Of a stretch of 62,396 bases of DNA, positions 20,244-30,491 are shown in pieces. The position numbers and the translations under genes were made by a program. A model generated the notes under the pieces. That model ran no database searches and was not told the DNA's origin. It saw nothing but the letters and a program-made list of their open reading frames with translations. How positions within the stretch are numbered: the first letter of the stretch is position 1; the number at the start of each line of letters is the position of its first letter. This DNA is from an uncultured Bacilli bacterium (GTDB lineage Bacteria > Bacillota_I > Bacilli_A > RF39 > UBA660), in contig CALVRI010000004.1 in the NCBI GenBank assembly GCA_944358525.1, positions 1-62,396 on the forward strand, written 5' to 3'.

Positions 20244-21086
20244 ATGCTTAAATTTACAAAGATGGAAGGGCTTGGAAATGATTATGTTTATGTAGATGCA
20301 ATTAATCAAACAATAGGAAATCCAAGTGAACTTTCTAAAAAAGTTACTGATAGACATTTTGGAATCGGTTCTGATGGATTAATATTAATTAGTAAAAGTG
20401 ATAAAGCTGATTTTAAAATGAATATATATAATCCTGATGGATCAGAAGCTGAGATGTGTGGTAATGGAATAAGATGTTTAGCTAAATTTGTTTATGATAA
20501 AAAAATGACTAATAAAACATCTATTACAGTTGAAACTTTGTCTGGAATTAAAACATTAGATTTAAAGATAGAAAAAGGAAAAGTTTCTTTAGTTACTGTT
20601 GATATGGGTGAACCAATACTTGATGCCGATAGAATACCTGTTATTAATGGTTTTAAAGAAAAATCTTTGAATGGTATTGATTTTATTAATGTTAAAGTTG
20701 AATTTAAAAAATTTACTTGTGTGTCAATGGGAAATCCTCATGCAATATGTTTTATTGATAACATTAATAATATTGATATAGCTAAAATTGGACCAATTAT
20801 TGAAAACAACAAATGTTTTCCTAATAAAACAAATGTTGAATTTATAGAAATTATTAGTAAGAATGAAATTAATATGCGAGTTTGGGAACGTGGTACTGGG
20901 GAGACATTAGCTTGTGGGACTGGAGCATGCGCTTCGGTTATAGCGAGTATTTTAAATGGGTATACTGATAGAAAAGTTACCGTTAATTTACTTGGTGGAA
21001 AGTTGGAAATTATTTGGAATAAAGAAGATAATCATGTTTATATGAAAGGTCCTGCTAGAACTGTTTATGAAGGTAAAATTGATTAG
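20244..21086 (+). CDS. dapF: Diaminopimelate epimerase
   Basis: [18 protein letters not shown], with catalytic Cys contexts EMCGNGIR and LACGTGA. The ATG at 20244 is preferred over the track GTG at 20235 because GAGGTG (20232-20237) serves as its RBS. Confidence 0.9.
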   Translation: MLKFTKMEGLGNDYVYVDAINQTIGNPSELSKKVTDRHFGIGSDGLILISKSDKADFKMNIYNPDGSEAEMCGNGIRCLAKFVYDKKMTNKTSITVETLSGIKTLDLKIEKGKVSLVTVDMGEPILDADRIPVINGFKEKSLNGIDFINVKVEFKKFTCVSMGNPHAICFIDNINNIDIAKIGPIIENNKCFPNKTNVEFIEIISKNEINMRVWERGTGETLACGTGACASVIASILNGYTDRKVTVNLLGGKLEIIWNKEDNHVYMKGPARTVYEGKID

Positions 21087-21110
21087 ACACTAATAGGTGT
21101 CTAATTTTTT
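21083..21110 (+). terminator. dapF rho-independent terminator
   Basis: TTAGACAC-TAATAG-GTGTCTAA followed by TTTTTT. Confidence 0.7.
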
Positions 21111-21168
21111 CTTTTTTGCTTTGTTTTTTTTTGAACATGATATAATTATATTAAAGGTAGATGATTTG

Positions 21169-22284
21169 ATGATTGAATTTAGAAAGGTATCGAAAGCTTA
21201 TAAAAATAATATGATTTTAAAAGATATTTCTTTTAATATTGAGAAGGGGAAATTTACTGTTTTAATTGGTGAATCAGGTTGTGGTAAGACAACTTTACTT
21301 AAAATGATTAATAAGTTAATAGTTCCGACTAAAGGTGATATTTTTATTGATGGAAATGATATTAAAGAAATTGATGATATTAAACTTCGAAGAAGTATGG
21401 GATATGTTATTCAACAAACTGGTTTATTTCCGCATATGACTGTTAGAGAAAATATAACAATTATTCCTAAAATATTAAAGGTAGATGAAAATAAAATAAA
21501 TAAAGATTCGTTAGAAATGATGAATATGATAGGATTAGATGAATCTTTACTTGATAGATATCCTAGTGAGCTTTCTGGTGGACAGCAACAACGTATTGGA
21601 ATTGCGAGAGCTTTTATAACTAATCCTAATATTATTTTAATGGATGAGCCTTTTAGTGCTTTAGATCCAATGAGTAGAGTTGCTTTACAGGATGAATTAC
21701 TTAAATTACAAGAAAAATTACATAAAACGATCGTGTTTGTAACTCATGATATGGATGAGGCTATAAAATTAGCTGATAAAATAGCAATTTTTGATAATGG
21801 TGAGTTAGTTCAGTATGATGTTCCAGAAAATATTTTAAAACATCCGGCAAATGATTTTGTTAAAAATTTTGTTGGTAAAAAAAGAATTTGGACAAGTCCT
21901 AAGTATATTAAAGTTGAGGATATTATGATTGATAAACCAGTTACTTGTTTTCCAAATTATACGGTATTTTATTGTCTTAATAAAATGAAGATGATGAAGG
22001 TTGATAGTTTGATGGTTGTTGATGATAAAAAGAATTTTCTTGGAGTTTTGTATGCAGAAAGTGTTACAGATAAAGAAGCAATGAATAAAGAAGCTAGTGA
22101 ATATATGCTTAAGGATATTCCAATTGTAAAAAAAGGTGATTCTATTAGTACTTTAGCTAAGTTAGTTACAGAAAGTAGACTTTCAAATATTCCAGTTTTA
22201 GATGAAGAAAATCATTTATGTGGTCTTATTACTAGAAGTAGTTTAATTATGGCTTTAAGTCAACAGTTCTTGGAGGAGGAATAA
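21169..22284 (+). CDS. Osmoprotectant (OpuC/OpuA-type) ABC transporter ATP-binding protein with tandem CBS domains
   Basis: Walker A GESGCGKTT, signature LSGGQQQR, Walker B ILMDEP and a C-terminal CBS pair. The track N-terminal extension (21097-21168) reads through the terminator T-run, so the ATG at 21169 is preferred. Confidence 0.85.
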   Translation: MIEFRKVSKAYKNNMILKDISFNIEKGKFTVLIGESGCGKTTLLKMINKLIVPTKGDIFIDGNDIKEIDDIKLRRSMGYVIQQTGLFPHMTVRENITIIPKILKVDENKINKDSLEMMNMIGLDESLLDRYPSELSGGQQQRIGIARAFITNPNIILMDEPFSALDPMSRVALQDELLKLQEKLHKTIVFVTHDMDEAIKLADKIAIFDNGELVQYDVPENILKHPANDFVKNFVGKKRIWTSPKYIKVEDIMIDKPVTCFPNYTVFYCLNKMKMMKVDSLMVVDDKKNFLGVLYAESVTDKEAMNKEASEYMLKDIPIVKKGDSISTLAKLVTESRLSNIPVLDEENHLCGLITRSSLIMALSQQFLEEE

Positions 22285-22285
22285 T

Positions 22286-23851
22286 ATGGAGTTTATAGAT
22301 TATGTAGTTCAAAATCATGAACAAATTATTTCACTTTTTTTAGAACATATTGAGCTTACTTTTATTGCTGTTGGTCTTTCTATTTTAATAGGTGTTCCTA
22401 TTGGAATTTTAATTAGTTATGTTAGAAAATTGGATAAACCTATTTTGGGACTTTCTTCAGTTATTCAAGCGGTACCATCAATGGCTTTACTGGGATTTAT
22501 GATTCCGTTTGTCGGAATTGGTACTATTCCTGCTATTATTGTGGTTATACTTTATTCATTACTACCAATTATTAAGAATACATATACTGGTATTAATGGT
22601 ATTAGTGAGTCAATGATTGAATCGGCTAAGGGTATTGGTCTTACTAAAAGTCAAATTTTGTTTAAAATTCAGATTCCTCAAGCATTACCAGTTATTATGG
22701 CTGGTATTAGAATTTCAGCTGTATCAGCAGTAGGTTTAATGACTATGTCAGCATTTATTGGTGGTGGCGGTCTTGGTTATTTGATATTTTCTGGTATTAG
22801 AACGGTTAATAATTATCAAATTTTAGCTGGGGCAATTCCGGCTTGTATTTTGGCTTTATTTGTTGATTATTTCTTTAGTTTAATAGAAAAGTTAGTAACA
22901 CCTGTTAGTATACAAATGAAAGATTTATCTAGAGAGGAAGTATTAAAAAAACGTAAAATACAGAAGGTTATATTAGTTTTAATTTTATTAATTATTGGTG
23001 GTGTGTTTTTAAGTCAAGTTAAATTTAATGATAACGATGTAAAAACAATTACGGTAAGTGGTAAGGATTTTACGGAACAAAATATTTTATGTGAAATGGT
23101 TTCTGATTATATTGAGTCTAATACGGATATTTCAGTTAATAGAAAGTGTAATTTGGGTGGAGCTCAGGTCGTATTTTCTGCAATTCAAAGAGGAGATGTT
23201 GATTTATATATTGATTATTTAGGAACTGATTATACAGATATTTTGAAATATTCACCTATTAGTGATGTTGATAAGGTGTATAAAACAGTTAAATCAGAGT
23301 TTAATAGTAAATATAATTTATCTATTTTAAAACAAATGAATTTTAATAATACTTATGCTTTAGCAGTTAGGCAAGATACTGCTTCAAAATATAATTTGAA
23401 AACAATATCTGATATTGTTCCTTATGCTAGAGAGTTAAAGATTTCTCCAACTTTAGAATTTGTTAATAGAGAGGATGGGTTAGCTGGTCTAAATAAAACT
23501 TATGGACTTAATTTTGCAGATGTTATTGCAATAGATGGGAGTCCTAGATATACAGCTTTAATGAATGATAATAGTCAGGTTATTGATGCTTTTACAACTG
23601 ATGGATTACTTAGAAAGTTTGGTTTGGTGGTTTTAGAGGATGACAAGAATTTCTTTCCCCCTTATTATGCAGTTCCAGTTATTAGAAATTTAGTATTAGA
23701 ACAATATCCTGAACTTGAAGAACTTATGAATAATTTAGGGGGATATTTAACTAATGAAAGTGTTCAAGAGTTAAATTATGAAGTTGATGAATTAGGTAAA
23801 AATCCAGAGAGTGTGGCAAATGAGTTTTTAAAAGAAAATAATTTAATTTAG
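22286..23851 (+). CDS. Fused ABC permease and substrate-binding protein (glycine betaine/choline/carnitine type)
   Basis: 521 aa. The N-terminal half has 5-6 TM segments of BPD-transporter type. After a further TM segment comes a periplasmic-binding-like domain. Confidence 0.85.
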   Translation: MEFIDYVVQNHEQIISLFLEHIELTFIAVGLSILIGVPIGILISYVRKLDKPILGLSSVIQAVPSMALLGFMIPFVGIGTIPAIIVVILYSLLPIIKNTYTGINGISESMIESAKGIGLTKSQILFKIQIPQALPVIMAGIRISAVSAVGLMTMSAFIGGGGLGYLIFSGIRTVNNYQILAGAIPACILALFVDYFFSLIEKLVTPVSIQMKDLSREEVLKKRKIQKVILVLILLIIGGVFLSQVKFNDNDVKTITVSGKDFTEQNILCEMVSDYIESNTDISVNRKCNLGGAQVVFSAIQRGDVDLYIDYLGTDYTDILKYSPISDVDKVYKTVKSEFNSKYNLSILKQMNFNNTYALAVRQDTASKYNLKTISDIVPYARELKISPTLEFVNREDGLAGLNKTYGLNFADVIAIDGSPRYTALMNDNSQVIDAFTTDGLLRKFGLVVLEDDKNFFPPYYAVPVIRNLVLEQYPELEELMNNLGGYLTNESVQELNYEVDELGKNPESVANEFLKENNLI

Positions 23852-23860
23852 GAGGTTTTT

Positions 23861-24484
23861 ATGATTTCAGTTAATATTCAAAGTAGTATTTTAATTAGTG
23901 GAAATATTAAAATATATTTTGATCCGATAAAGATGGATAGAAAGTATGATGCAGATTATATTTTTATAACCCATAGTCATTATGATCATTTTTCAAAAGA
24001 AGATATTTTAAATATTAAAAATGATAATACAGTTATTATTGGTCCTTATGATATATATGATAAGTGTTTAGAAATGGGATTTAGTAAAGATAAGGTTATT
24101 AAAGTAAAACCTTGTGAAGAATATGATTATGGTGTTATTAGATTTAAAACGGTTTATGCATATAATTTAAATAAAACTTTTCATTTAAAAGAAAGTAATT
24201 GGGTTGGTTATGTACTTGAATTTGAAGGTAAGAAATATTATATTGCGGGTGATACGGATGTTATTATGGATAATTTATCTGTTTTAAAAAACATAGATGT
24301 TGCTTTTATTCCTATTGGTGGTGTTTATACTATAGATGCTTTAGAAGCTGCTGGTTATGTTAATAACATTAAACCCAAAGAAGTAGTTCCTATTTATTAT
24401 GGTATGGTGGTTGGTGATGAAAAGGATTTGGATAATTTTATTAATAATGTAGATAGTAATATAAAGGTTAATGTTCTTTTATAG
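23861..24484 (+). CDS. MBL-fold metallo-hydrolase
   Basis: 207 aa with the THSHYDH motif. Confidence 0.7.
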   Translation: MISVNIQSSILISGNIKIYFDPIKMDRKYDADYIFITHSHYDHFSKEDILNIKNDNTVIIGPYDIYDKCLEMGFSKDKVIKVKPCEEYDYGVIRFKTVYAYNLNKTFHLKESNWVGYVLEFEGKKYYIAGDTDVIMDNLSVLKNIDVAFIPIGGVYTIDALEAAGYVNNIKPKEVVPIYYGMVVGDEKDLDNFINNVDSNIKVNVLL

Positions 24485-24542
24485 TTTTTTCAACTAATTA
24501 TCACAAAAATATGTTATATTAAATATAGATTGGAGGAATTGT

Positions 24543-24818
24543 ATGAAATGCCCAGTTTGTAAAGATGTTACTTTACTTATGAGCGAAAAGAAAGGTATTG
24601 AAATTGATTATTGTCCTGAATGCCGTGGAATATGGCTTGATAGGGGAGAACTTGAAAAATTAGTAGAAAAAGAGAATGAGACTTTACGTTCTAATTATAG
24701 GGATTATGATGAATGTGAAAAGTATGATAAAGATATGAAGTATTCAAAGAATGGTAAACATACTAAAAGAAAAAAAGAATCTATTTTTGGAGAAATATTT
24801 GATATGTTTGGTGATTAA
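24543..24818 (+). CDS. TFIIB-type zinc-ribbon protein
   Basis: MKCPVCK...DYCPECRGIWLDRGELEKL, followed by a basic tail. Confidence 0.65.
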   Translation: MKCPVCKDVTLLMSEKKGIEIDYCPECRGIWLDRGELEKLVEKENETLRSNYRDYDECEKYDKDMKYSKNGKHTKRKKESIFGEIFDMFGD

Positions 24819-24841
24819 AGATATTAAATATTTCTTTTTTC

Positions 24842-24872
24842 TTGACATAGAGTTAGCTCTAGGTTATATAAT
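24842..24872 (+). promoter_or_regulatory. MerR-type promoter with 19-bp spacer
   Basis: TTGACA (24842-24847), 19 nt spacer, TATAAT (24867-24872). The spacer contains the dyad TAGAG-TTAG-CTCTA. Confidence 0.6.
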
Positions 24873-24892
24873 TACTTTAGGATGGTGGTCTA

Positions 24893-25252
24893 ATGAGTGT
24901 TGGTGAGGTTGCTAGAGAACTTGATTTGTCAATTGATACTTTAAGATATTATGAAAAAATTGGACTTGTTAAAAATATTAATAAAATTAATGGAAAACGA
25001 GAATATACTGATGAAAATATTAAAGATTTAAAGTTTATTTTATGTATGAAATCTGCTGGACTTTCTTTAATGGATATTAAGAAGTTTTTAAAATATTATG
25101 AGGAAGGTTATGAAACATTAGATTTAAGGATAGATATGCTTAAAAATCAGAAGATAGTGTTAGAAAAAGAAATTAAGGAAAAACAAGATACTTTAGATTA
25201 TTTAAATTATAAAATTGATCTTTATGAAAAAAGAAAGGAGGAAAAGAAATGA
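24893..25252 (+). CDS. MerR-family transcriptional regulator
   Basis: N-terminal HTH VGEVARELDLSIDTLRYYEKIGL and a C-terminal coiled coil. Confidence 0.85.
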   Translation: MSVGEVARELDLSIDTLRYYEKIGLVKNINKINGKREYTDENIKDLKFILCMKSAGLSLMDIKKFLKYYEEGYETLDLRIDMLKNQKIVLEKEIKEKQDTLDYLNYKIDLYEKRKEEKK

Positions 25253-25716
25253 GATTAATTTGCTATTATTCTTATACTGGTAATACGAGATCTTTAGCTT
25301 ATAAAATTAAAGAAAAATATGGTTATGATATATGTGAAATTAAACCAGTAAAACCTTATAGTGATGATTATGATAAGGTAGTTAATGAAGCTCAAGAGGA
25401 AGTTAATATGAATTATCAACCTGAAATACAAGATTTGAATGTTGATTTAGATAAATATGACACAATAATATTGATGATGCCAGTTTGGTGGTATACATTT
25501 GCTTCACCGGTTAATACTTTTTTACATAAATATGATTTATCTGGAAAGGTGATTTATGCTGTTGCTACTAATGGAGGTTGGTTAGGACATACATTTGAAG
25601 ATATTGAAAGAGTGTGTAAGGTAAGTATTAAAGATAAAGTTAGTTTAAAATATAATAATGATGAATTATTAGAGGAAGGTAAGTTTAATAGTTTTTTAGA
25701 AAGGATTGGTAAATAA
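25249..25716 (+). CDS. Flavodoxin-family protein
   Basis: 155 aa with YYSYTGNTR and PVWWYT motifs. It overlaps the merR stop. Confidence 0.7.
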   Translation: MRLICYYSYTGNTRSLAYKIKEKYGYDICEIKPVKPYSDDYDKVVNEAQEEVNMNYQPEIQDLNVDLDKYDTIILMMPVWWYTFASPVNTFLHKYDLSGKVIYAVATNGGWLGHTFEDIERVCKVSIKDKVSLKYNNDELLEEGKFNSFLERIGK

Positions 25717-26039
25717 TGGTTAAACAAACTGCAGGAAGAGATATTTTAGGGGATTTTGCTCCTAAATTTGCTGAACTTAATGATGATGTTTTATTTGGTG
25801 AAGTATGGTCTAGAGAAGATAAACTTTCTTTAAGAGATCGTTCACTTGTTACAGTAGTGGCTTTAATGAGTAAGGGAATTTTAGATTCTAGTTTTCAAAG
25901 TCATTTAATTAATGCGAAGAAAAATGGTATTACTAAAGAAGAGATGGCCGAGATTTTAACCCATGCGGCTTTTTATGCTGGATGGCCAAATGCTTGGGCT
26001 GCATTTAGAATGGCTAAGGAGGTTTATAAAGATGAATAA
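25716..26039 (+). CDS. Carboxymuconolactone decarboxylase (CMD) family protein
   Basis: LSLRDRSLVTV...ITKEEMAEILTHAAFYAGWPNAW. Confidence 0.75.
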   Translation: MVKQTAGRDILGDFAPKFAELNDDVLFGEVWSREDKLSLRDRSLVTVVALMSKGILDSSFQSHLINAKKNGITKEEMAEILTHAAFYAGWPNAWAAFRMAKEVYKDE

Positions 26040-26460
26040 AGAAGAATTTGAAAAGGTAAATGTTTTTGGTTTAGGTAATACTAATGATGCTTTTGCACAG
26101 TATTTTATAGGACAAAGTTATTTAAATCCTTTGACTGATTTAAATGAAACAAGTTTATTTTTAGCAAATGTTACTTTTGAACCAGGATGCAGAAATAACT
26201 GGCACATTCATCATGCTTCTCAAGGTGGTGGACAATTATTAATATGTACTGCTGGATATGGCTGGTATCAAGAAGAAGGTAAAGAGGCTGTTAGTTTGGA
26301 GCCGGGCAAGGTTATTACAATTCCAGCTAATGTTAAGCATTGGCACGGTGCTAAAAAGGATAGCTGGTTTAGTCATATTGCTATTGAGGTACCTGGTGAA
26401 GATACTTCTAATGAGTGGTGTGAGCCAGTTAGTGATGAAGAGTATAATAAATTAGGTTAA
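26032..26460 (+). CDS. Cupin-domain protein
   Basis: NNWHIHH...GKVITIPANVKHWHGA. The ATG at 26032 follows AAGGAGG (26016-26022). The track start at 25963 lies inside the CMD gene. Confidence 0.75.
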   Translation: MNKEEFEKVNVFGLGNTNDAFAQYFIGQSYLNPLTDLNETSLFLANVTFEPGCRNNWHIHHASQGGGQLLICTAGYGWYQEEGKEAVSLEPGKVITIPANVKHWHGAKKDSWFSHIAIEVPGEDTSNEWCEPVSDEEYNKLG

Positions 26461-26489
26461 TAGTAAAGATATAGTCTTTACTATTTTTT
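26461..26489 (+). terminator. Operon terminator
   Basis: TAGTAAAGA-TATAG-TCTTTACTA followed by TTTTTT. Confidence 0.65.
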
Positions 26490-26553
26490 AATTTTAAAAT
26501 GTGATAAAATTAATATAGATGTTTAAATTTTGGAGTGTTTGAAGGGATGAAAA

Positions 26554-27066
26554 ATGTTAAATTTTATAATAGCTCAAGTCTTTGGTGGTATTGCTTTAGT
26601 TATTTTAATAATTAGTTTTCAAAAAAATAATAAGGTTAATTTATTAAAATATCAAATGGTTTCAAGTTTATTGTATTCAGTTCAGTATGCTTTTTTAGGG
26701 GCCTTACCTGGATGTTTTATGAATTTAGCGTGCATGCTGAGGAATTTTATTTTTAAAAAATATCAAAAAGTACCATTGTACTTGCTTTTAATTGTTGTAT
26801 TTTTAATGATAATTTTATCTATGTCAACATTTAATGGTTTTATAAGTTTATTACCGATGTTTGCAGTAGTATTTTATAGTATTGCTTTATGGGGCGGAAA
26901 TTTAAAAACTATTAGACTTACTGAAATTGTATCTTGTTTACTATATATTATTTATAATATATATGTTGGAGCGATTATTGGATTAGTTGCGACATTTATA
27001 GAAATGTTAGGGGCAATGGTAGCTTTTTATAGATTTAATATTAAAAATGTTCAAGGTATTAAATAA
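26554..27066 (+). CDS. YgjV-like small inner-membrane protein (paralog 1)
   Basis: 170 aa with about 5 TM segments and N-terminus MLNFIIAQVFGG. The family is assigned from memory. Confidence 0.55.
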   Translation: MLNFIIAQVFGGIALVILIISFQKNNKVNLLKYQMVSSLLYSVQYAFLGALPGCFMNLACMLRNFIFKKYQKVPLYLLLIVVFLMIILSMSTFNGFISLLPMFAVVFYSIALWGGNLKTIRLTEIVSCLLYIIYNIYVGAIIGLVATFIEMLGAMVAFYRFNIKNVQGIK

Positions 27067-27133
27067 AAAATTTTAAAATGTATTTTGCTTGATATTTTGG
27101 GTATAAGAATTAATATAGGAGGATGTAATTTAA

Positions 27134-27652
27134 ATGCTTAATTTTATAATAGCTCAAGTCTTTGGTGGATTTGCTTTAATTATTTATATAATTAGTTTTT
27201 ATAAAGATACTAAAAAACAATTGTTAAAATATCAAATTTTTTCGAGCTTACTTTATATAATTCAATATATTTTTTTAGGAGCTTATACGGTATGTTTAAT
27301 GAGTTTAATATGTATAATTAGAAACTCTATTTTTAGTTATTACGACAATCAAAAAATACCAGTACATTCTTTAATATTTGTCATAATATTAATGATAATA
27401 TTTTCAATTTTTACATTCGATGGTTTTATAAGTTTGTTACCTATGTTTGAATCGATAATGTATAGTGTAGCTTTGTGGGGCGGAAATTTGAAAACTATTA
27501 GATTAGCTGAAATAGTGTCTTGTATTATATATATTTTTTATAATATATGTGTTGGTGCTTATGTAGGATTAATTGGAACAATAATTGAATTGGTGACGGC
27601 AGTAATTGCTTTTTATAAATTTAATATTAAAAAGGTTTATAGCACTAAATGA
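27134..27652 (+). CDS. YgjV-like small inner-membrane protein (paralog 2)
   Basis: 172 aa, a tandem duplicate of the preceding gene (identical first 12 residues, shared ALWGGNLKTIRL.EIVSC block). Confidence 0.55.
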   Translation: MLNFIIAQVFGGFALIIYIISFYKDTKKQLLKYQIFSSLLYIIQYIFLGAYTVCLMSLICIIRNSIFSYYDNQKIPVHSLIFVIILMIIFSIFTFDGFISLLPMFESIMYSVALWGGNLKTIRLAEIVSCIIYIFYNICVGAYVGLIGTIIELVTAVIAFYKFNIKKVYSTK

Positions 27653-27705
27653 TAATTTAATTTTGAAAATTAGGTATTAACCTAATTTTTTGGTATAATT
27701 TTATT

Positions 27706-28584
27706 ATGATATTAAATGTTAGTGGAAGAACAGATATTGTAGCTTTTTATAGTAAGTGGTTTATGAATAGGTATAATGAGGGTTATCTTGATGTGCGTAA
27801 TCCTTTTTATCCTAAACTAGTTAGTAGAATATATTTTGATGATGTTGATTTGATTGTTTTTTGTACAAAGAATCCTTTACCTATTTTAGATAATTTAAAT
27901 AAGATTAATAAACCAATTATTTTTCATGTAACTTTAACTCCTTATGGAAAGGATATAGAACCTAATGTTATTCCAAAAGGAAAAATTATAGAAGCTATAA
28001 AAAAATTATCTAATATGATTGGTGTGGATAATGTATATGTTAGATATGATCCTATATTAATTAACGAAAAATATGATATTAATTTTCATATAAAATCTTT
28101 TAAAAGCTTATGTGAAAAGTTAAATGGATATATTAAACATATTATTGTATCATTTGTAGATGATTATAAAAATGTTAGAAATAATATGGAGGTTTTAAAA
28201 TTAATAAAATTTGATGATAATATTTATAAAATTATTGGTGAAAATTTTAGTAAGATTGCTAGCAATAATGGAATGACTGTACAGACGTGCTTTGAAAAAA
28301 ATAATTTATCAGAGTATGGTTTTATTCCTAGTCCTTGTGTTTCTAAAGAACTTGCATTTTCTTTAACTGGTAAAAAATTTTCTAAGTGGAAGGCTCGTGA
28401 TTGTGGATGCGCCGAAATGGTGGATATTGGGGTTTATAATACGTGTAAGCATTTTTGTAAGTATTGTTATGCAAATTATGACGAGAAAAAAGTAATGGAT
28501 AATGTGAAAAAGCATGATGATGATTCTTCACTTTTGATTGGCTATTTAAATAAAAATGATGAGATTAAAATTAGGAAAAAATAA
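27706..28584 (+). CDS. DUF1848 family protein
   Basis: SGRTDIVAFYSKWFMNRYNEGYLDVRNPFYP N-terminus and a C-terminal Cys cluster CGCAEMVDIGVYNTCKHFCKYCYA. Confidence 0.7.
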   Translation: MILNVSGRTDIVAFYSKWFMNRYNEGYLDVRNPFYPKLVSRIYFDDVDLIVFCTKNPLPILDNLNKINKPIIFHVTLTPYGKDIEPNVIPKGKIIEAIKKLSNMIGVDNVYVRYDPILINEKYDINFHIKSFKSLCEKLNGYIKHIIVSFVDDYKNVRNNMEVLKLIKFDDNIYKIIGENFSKIASNNGMTVQTCFEKNNLSEYGFIPSPCVSKELAFSLTGKKFSKWKARDCGCAEMVDIGVYNTCKHFCKYCYANYDEKKVMDNVKKHDDDSSLLIGYLNKNDEIKIRKK

Positions 28585-28804
28585 TTTACACTTTATTTAC
28601 ATATTGTTGTGTTTTTATATAATTTTTCAATAATATTACTTTATATTGTTTTAAAATAAGTATTTAATTTTATTAACATTTGCTTTATATTTTTGAATAA
28701 AATGATATAAAATGTAAAAAAATGTTATGTTAAATTAGTTATTCGCTGTTTATGGGGTATTAAAATTTTAGGGGTTTTGATATTCTTTTTTTGAGGTGAG
28801 AAAA

Positions 28805-29947
28805 ATGGATACTTTGAAAATCGGAAAGTTTATTGCGAAAAAGAGAAAAGAAAAAAATATGACACAGGAAGAACTTGCTAGAATTTTAGGAGTTACAAAT
28901 AAAACTGTATCAAGGTGGGAAAATGGAAATTATATGCCAGATTTATCTTTACTAAAACCTTTGAGTGAAACTTTGGGTGTTAGTTTAAATGCACTTTTAA
29001 GTGGTGAAGATGATGTGGATGTTCAAAAAGCTGATGAAAATATTTCTAACATTACTAATTATTCTAACTTGGTAATTAAAAAGATTTTTAAAAATATTTA
29101 TATATTTATTATGTTTTTGGGTTTATTTTTAATTATTTCGGCTTTAATTGTTACTTCTCCAGAAAGTAGCTGGGGGGCAATTTATACAGCTATTGGTTTA
29201 TGTGTGTTTATAGCTGGTTTTAATAGATGTTTAAAAAATTATAAAGTTATTTGGCAGTGGATTTTGACTTTAGGTGTTACTTTATTATGTTTAGGTTGTT
29301 TGTTATTTTTTGATTATTTGAATGTTATAGAAAATAAAAGTGTTCCTAGATTCAGGCTGACTGTTACTTATACTAGTGATGATATAATAAAATATGATAC
29401 TTTATTTTATAATTTATTTAGAATAAATCACGATACTCCAAATGAATATTATATTGTGGATAATTTAAAGAAATATGATTTTTCCACAATACCTAGAAGT
29501 CCATTTAATAGAGATTTGAGTGGTATAGATAATATTATAAAATATAAAAGTAAATATATAGGTGATAATAGTAATACTGGTAATTTAATTAATTCTTTAC
29601 CACTTGCTGATTATGGTTATGTTTTTGAGATTGATGATAATAAGTTGATAGTAGATTATCATATGACAGAGTGGTATTTAAATGATGATTTATATGTAAA
29701 TAAAGCTTTAATATATAATAGTGTTTCTTTATTTGTTTTAATTGATAATTTAGAAAGTATTACATATAATTTTAGCGGCTTTTCTTATTATGTGAATAGA
29801 GATAATTTAGAAAATAATTATCCTAATTATTTTAAAGTTTTTGTTGATGACAAAATAAATAAGAATAATTTTAATAAGTATGTTGAAAACCTTATGAATG
29901 ATGAAGAGTTTATAAAAAATAATTTTAAAAAAATGTTTAAAAGTTAA
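28805..29947 (+). CDS. XRE HTH, transmembrane, DUF4825-like fusion protein
   Basis: N-terminal HTH MTQEELARILGVTNKTVSRWENG, 3-4 TM segments, and a C-terminal YKSKYIGDNSNTGNLINSLPL motif recalled from DUF4825. The ATG at 28805 follows GAGGTG. Confidence 0.7.
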   Translation: MDTLKIGKFIAKKRKEKNMTQEELARILGVTNKTVSRWENGNYMPDLSLLKPLSETLGVSLNALLSGEDDVDVQKADENISNITNYSNLVIKKIFKNIYIFIMFLGLFLIISALIVTSPESSWGAIYTAIGLCVFIAGFNRCLKNYKVIWQWILTLGVTLLCLGCLLFFDYLNVIENKSVPRFRLTVTYTSDDIIKYDTLFYNLFRINHDTPNEYYIVDNLKKYDFSTIPRSPFNRDLSGIDNIIKYKSKYIGDNSNTGNLINSLPLADYGYVFEIDDNKLIVDYHMTEWYLNDDLYVNKALIYNSVSLFVLIDNLESITYNFSGFSYYVNRDNLENNYPNYFKVFVDDKINKNNFNKYVENLMNDEEFIKNNFKKMFKS

Positions 29948-30005
29948 ATTTGACAAAAATTTTTGATGTTATATAATATTTTCCGTATTTAAAGGGGGGA
30001 ATATT

Positions 30006-30467
30006 ATGACTTTTAATAATGTACATTTACATGGTAAAAAGGCATTAGGTATTTTTGAATTTAATTATAAGAAAAATTTAGTTAAAAATGAAATTGTTTC
30101 TTTTGCAGCAGATTATTGGGCTGATGCTATAGAAAATGCTGACGATAAACAAATTAGTTATCAAATGGGTAATGGAGCGATAACTTTATCTGATAAAGAA
30201 ATAGATAGATTTAAAAAATCTTTTATTAATTATGTTTCAAAGATTTTTCCGAATGAAGGTAGTATTATGCTTTGGACTTCTGACGGAACTCATTTTGAAG
30301 ATATTGGGACAGATGCTTATTTACCAGAAATTATGAAAAATTGTAATTTACCACTAATATGTTTACCCAGTGATTTATGTATGTGGATATCTTCTAATAA
30401 AATTGTTGTGGAAAATGATTTTACTCAAGAAGTAATTTATGATACGAAGAACAAAAAATTAAAATAA
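30006..30467 (+). CDS. Hypothetical protein
   Basis: 153-aa ORF with a GGGGGA RBS region upstream. I recognise no motif. Confidence 0.4.
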   Translation: MTFNNVHLHGKKALGIFEFNYKKNLVKNEIVSFAADYWADAIENADDKQISYQMGNGAITLSDKEIDRFKKSFINYVSKIFPNEGSIMLWTSDGTHFEDIGTDAYLPEIMKNCNLPLICLPSDLCMWISSNKIVVENDFTQEVIYDTKNKKLK

Positions 30468-30491
30468 AAATGGACTTTTGTAAGCCCGTTT

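Noticed and set aside
21097-21168. N-terminal extensions in the ORF track: 21097 (MSNFFFFALFFF…), 25963, 35695, 33688, 20235, 28796, 33215, 36918, 38758, 39875, 47472 and 56280.
   Set aside because: The extensions run through terminators, promoters or the preceding gene. Downstream ATG or GTG codons have properly spaced GGAGG-type RBSs and match the family N-termini.
26258-26455. 65-aa ORF overlapping the cupin gene in another frame (also 9433-9618, 9761-9964, 7500-7688 and 8350-8550).
   Set aside because: They are embedded in better-supported genes or in the operator region, with no RBS or motif support.
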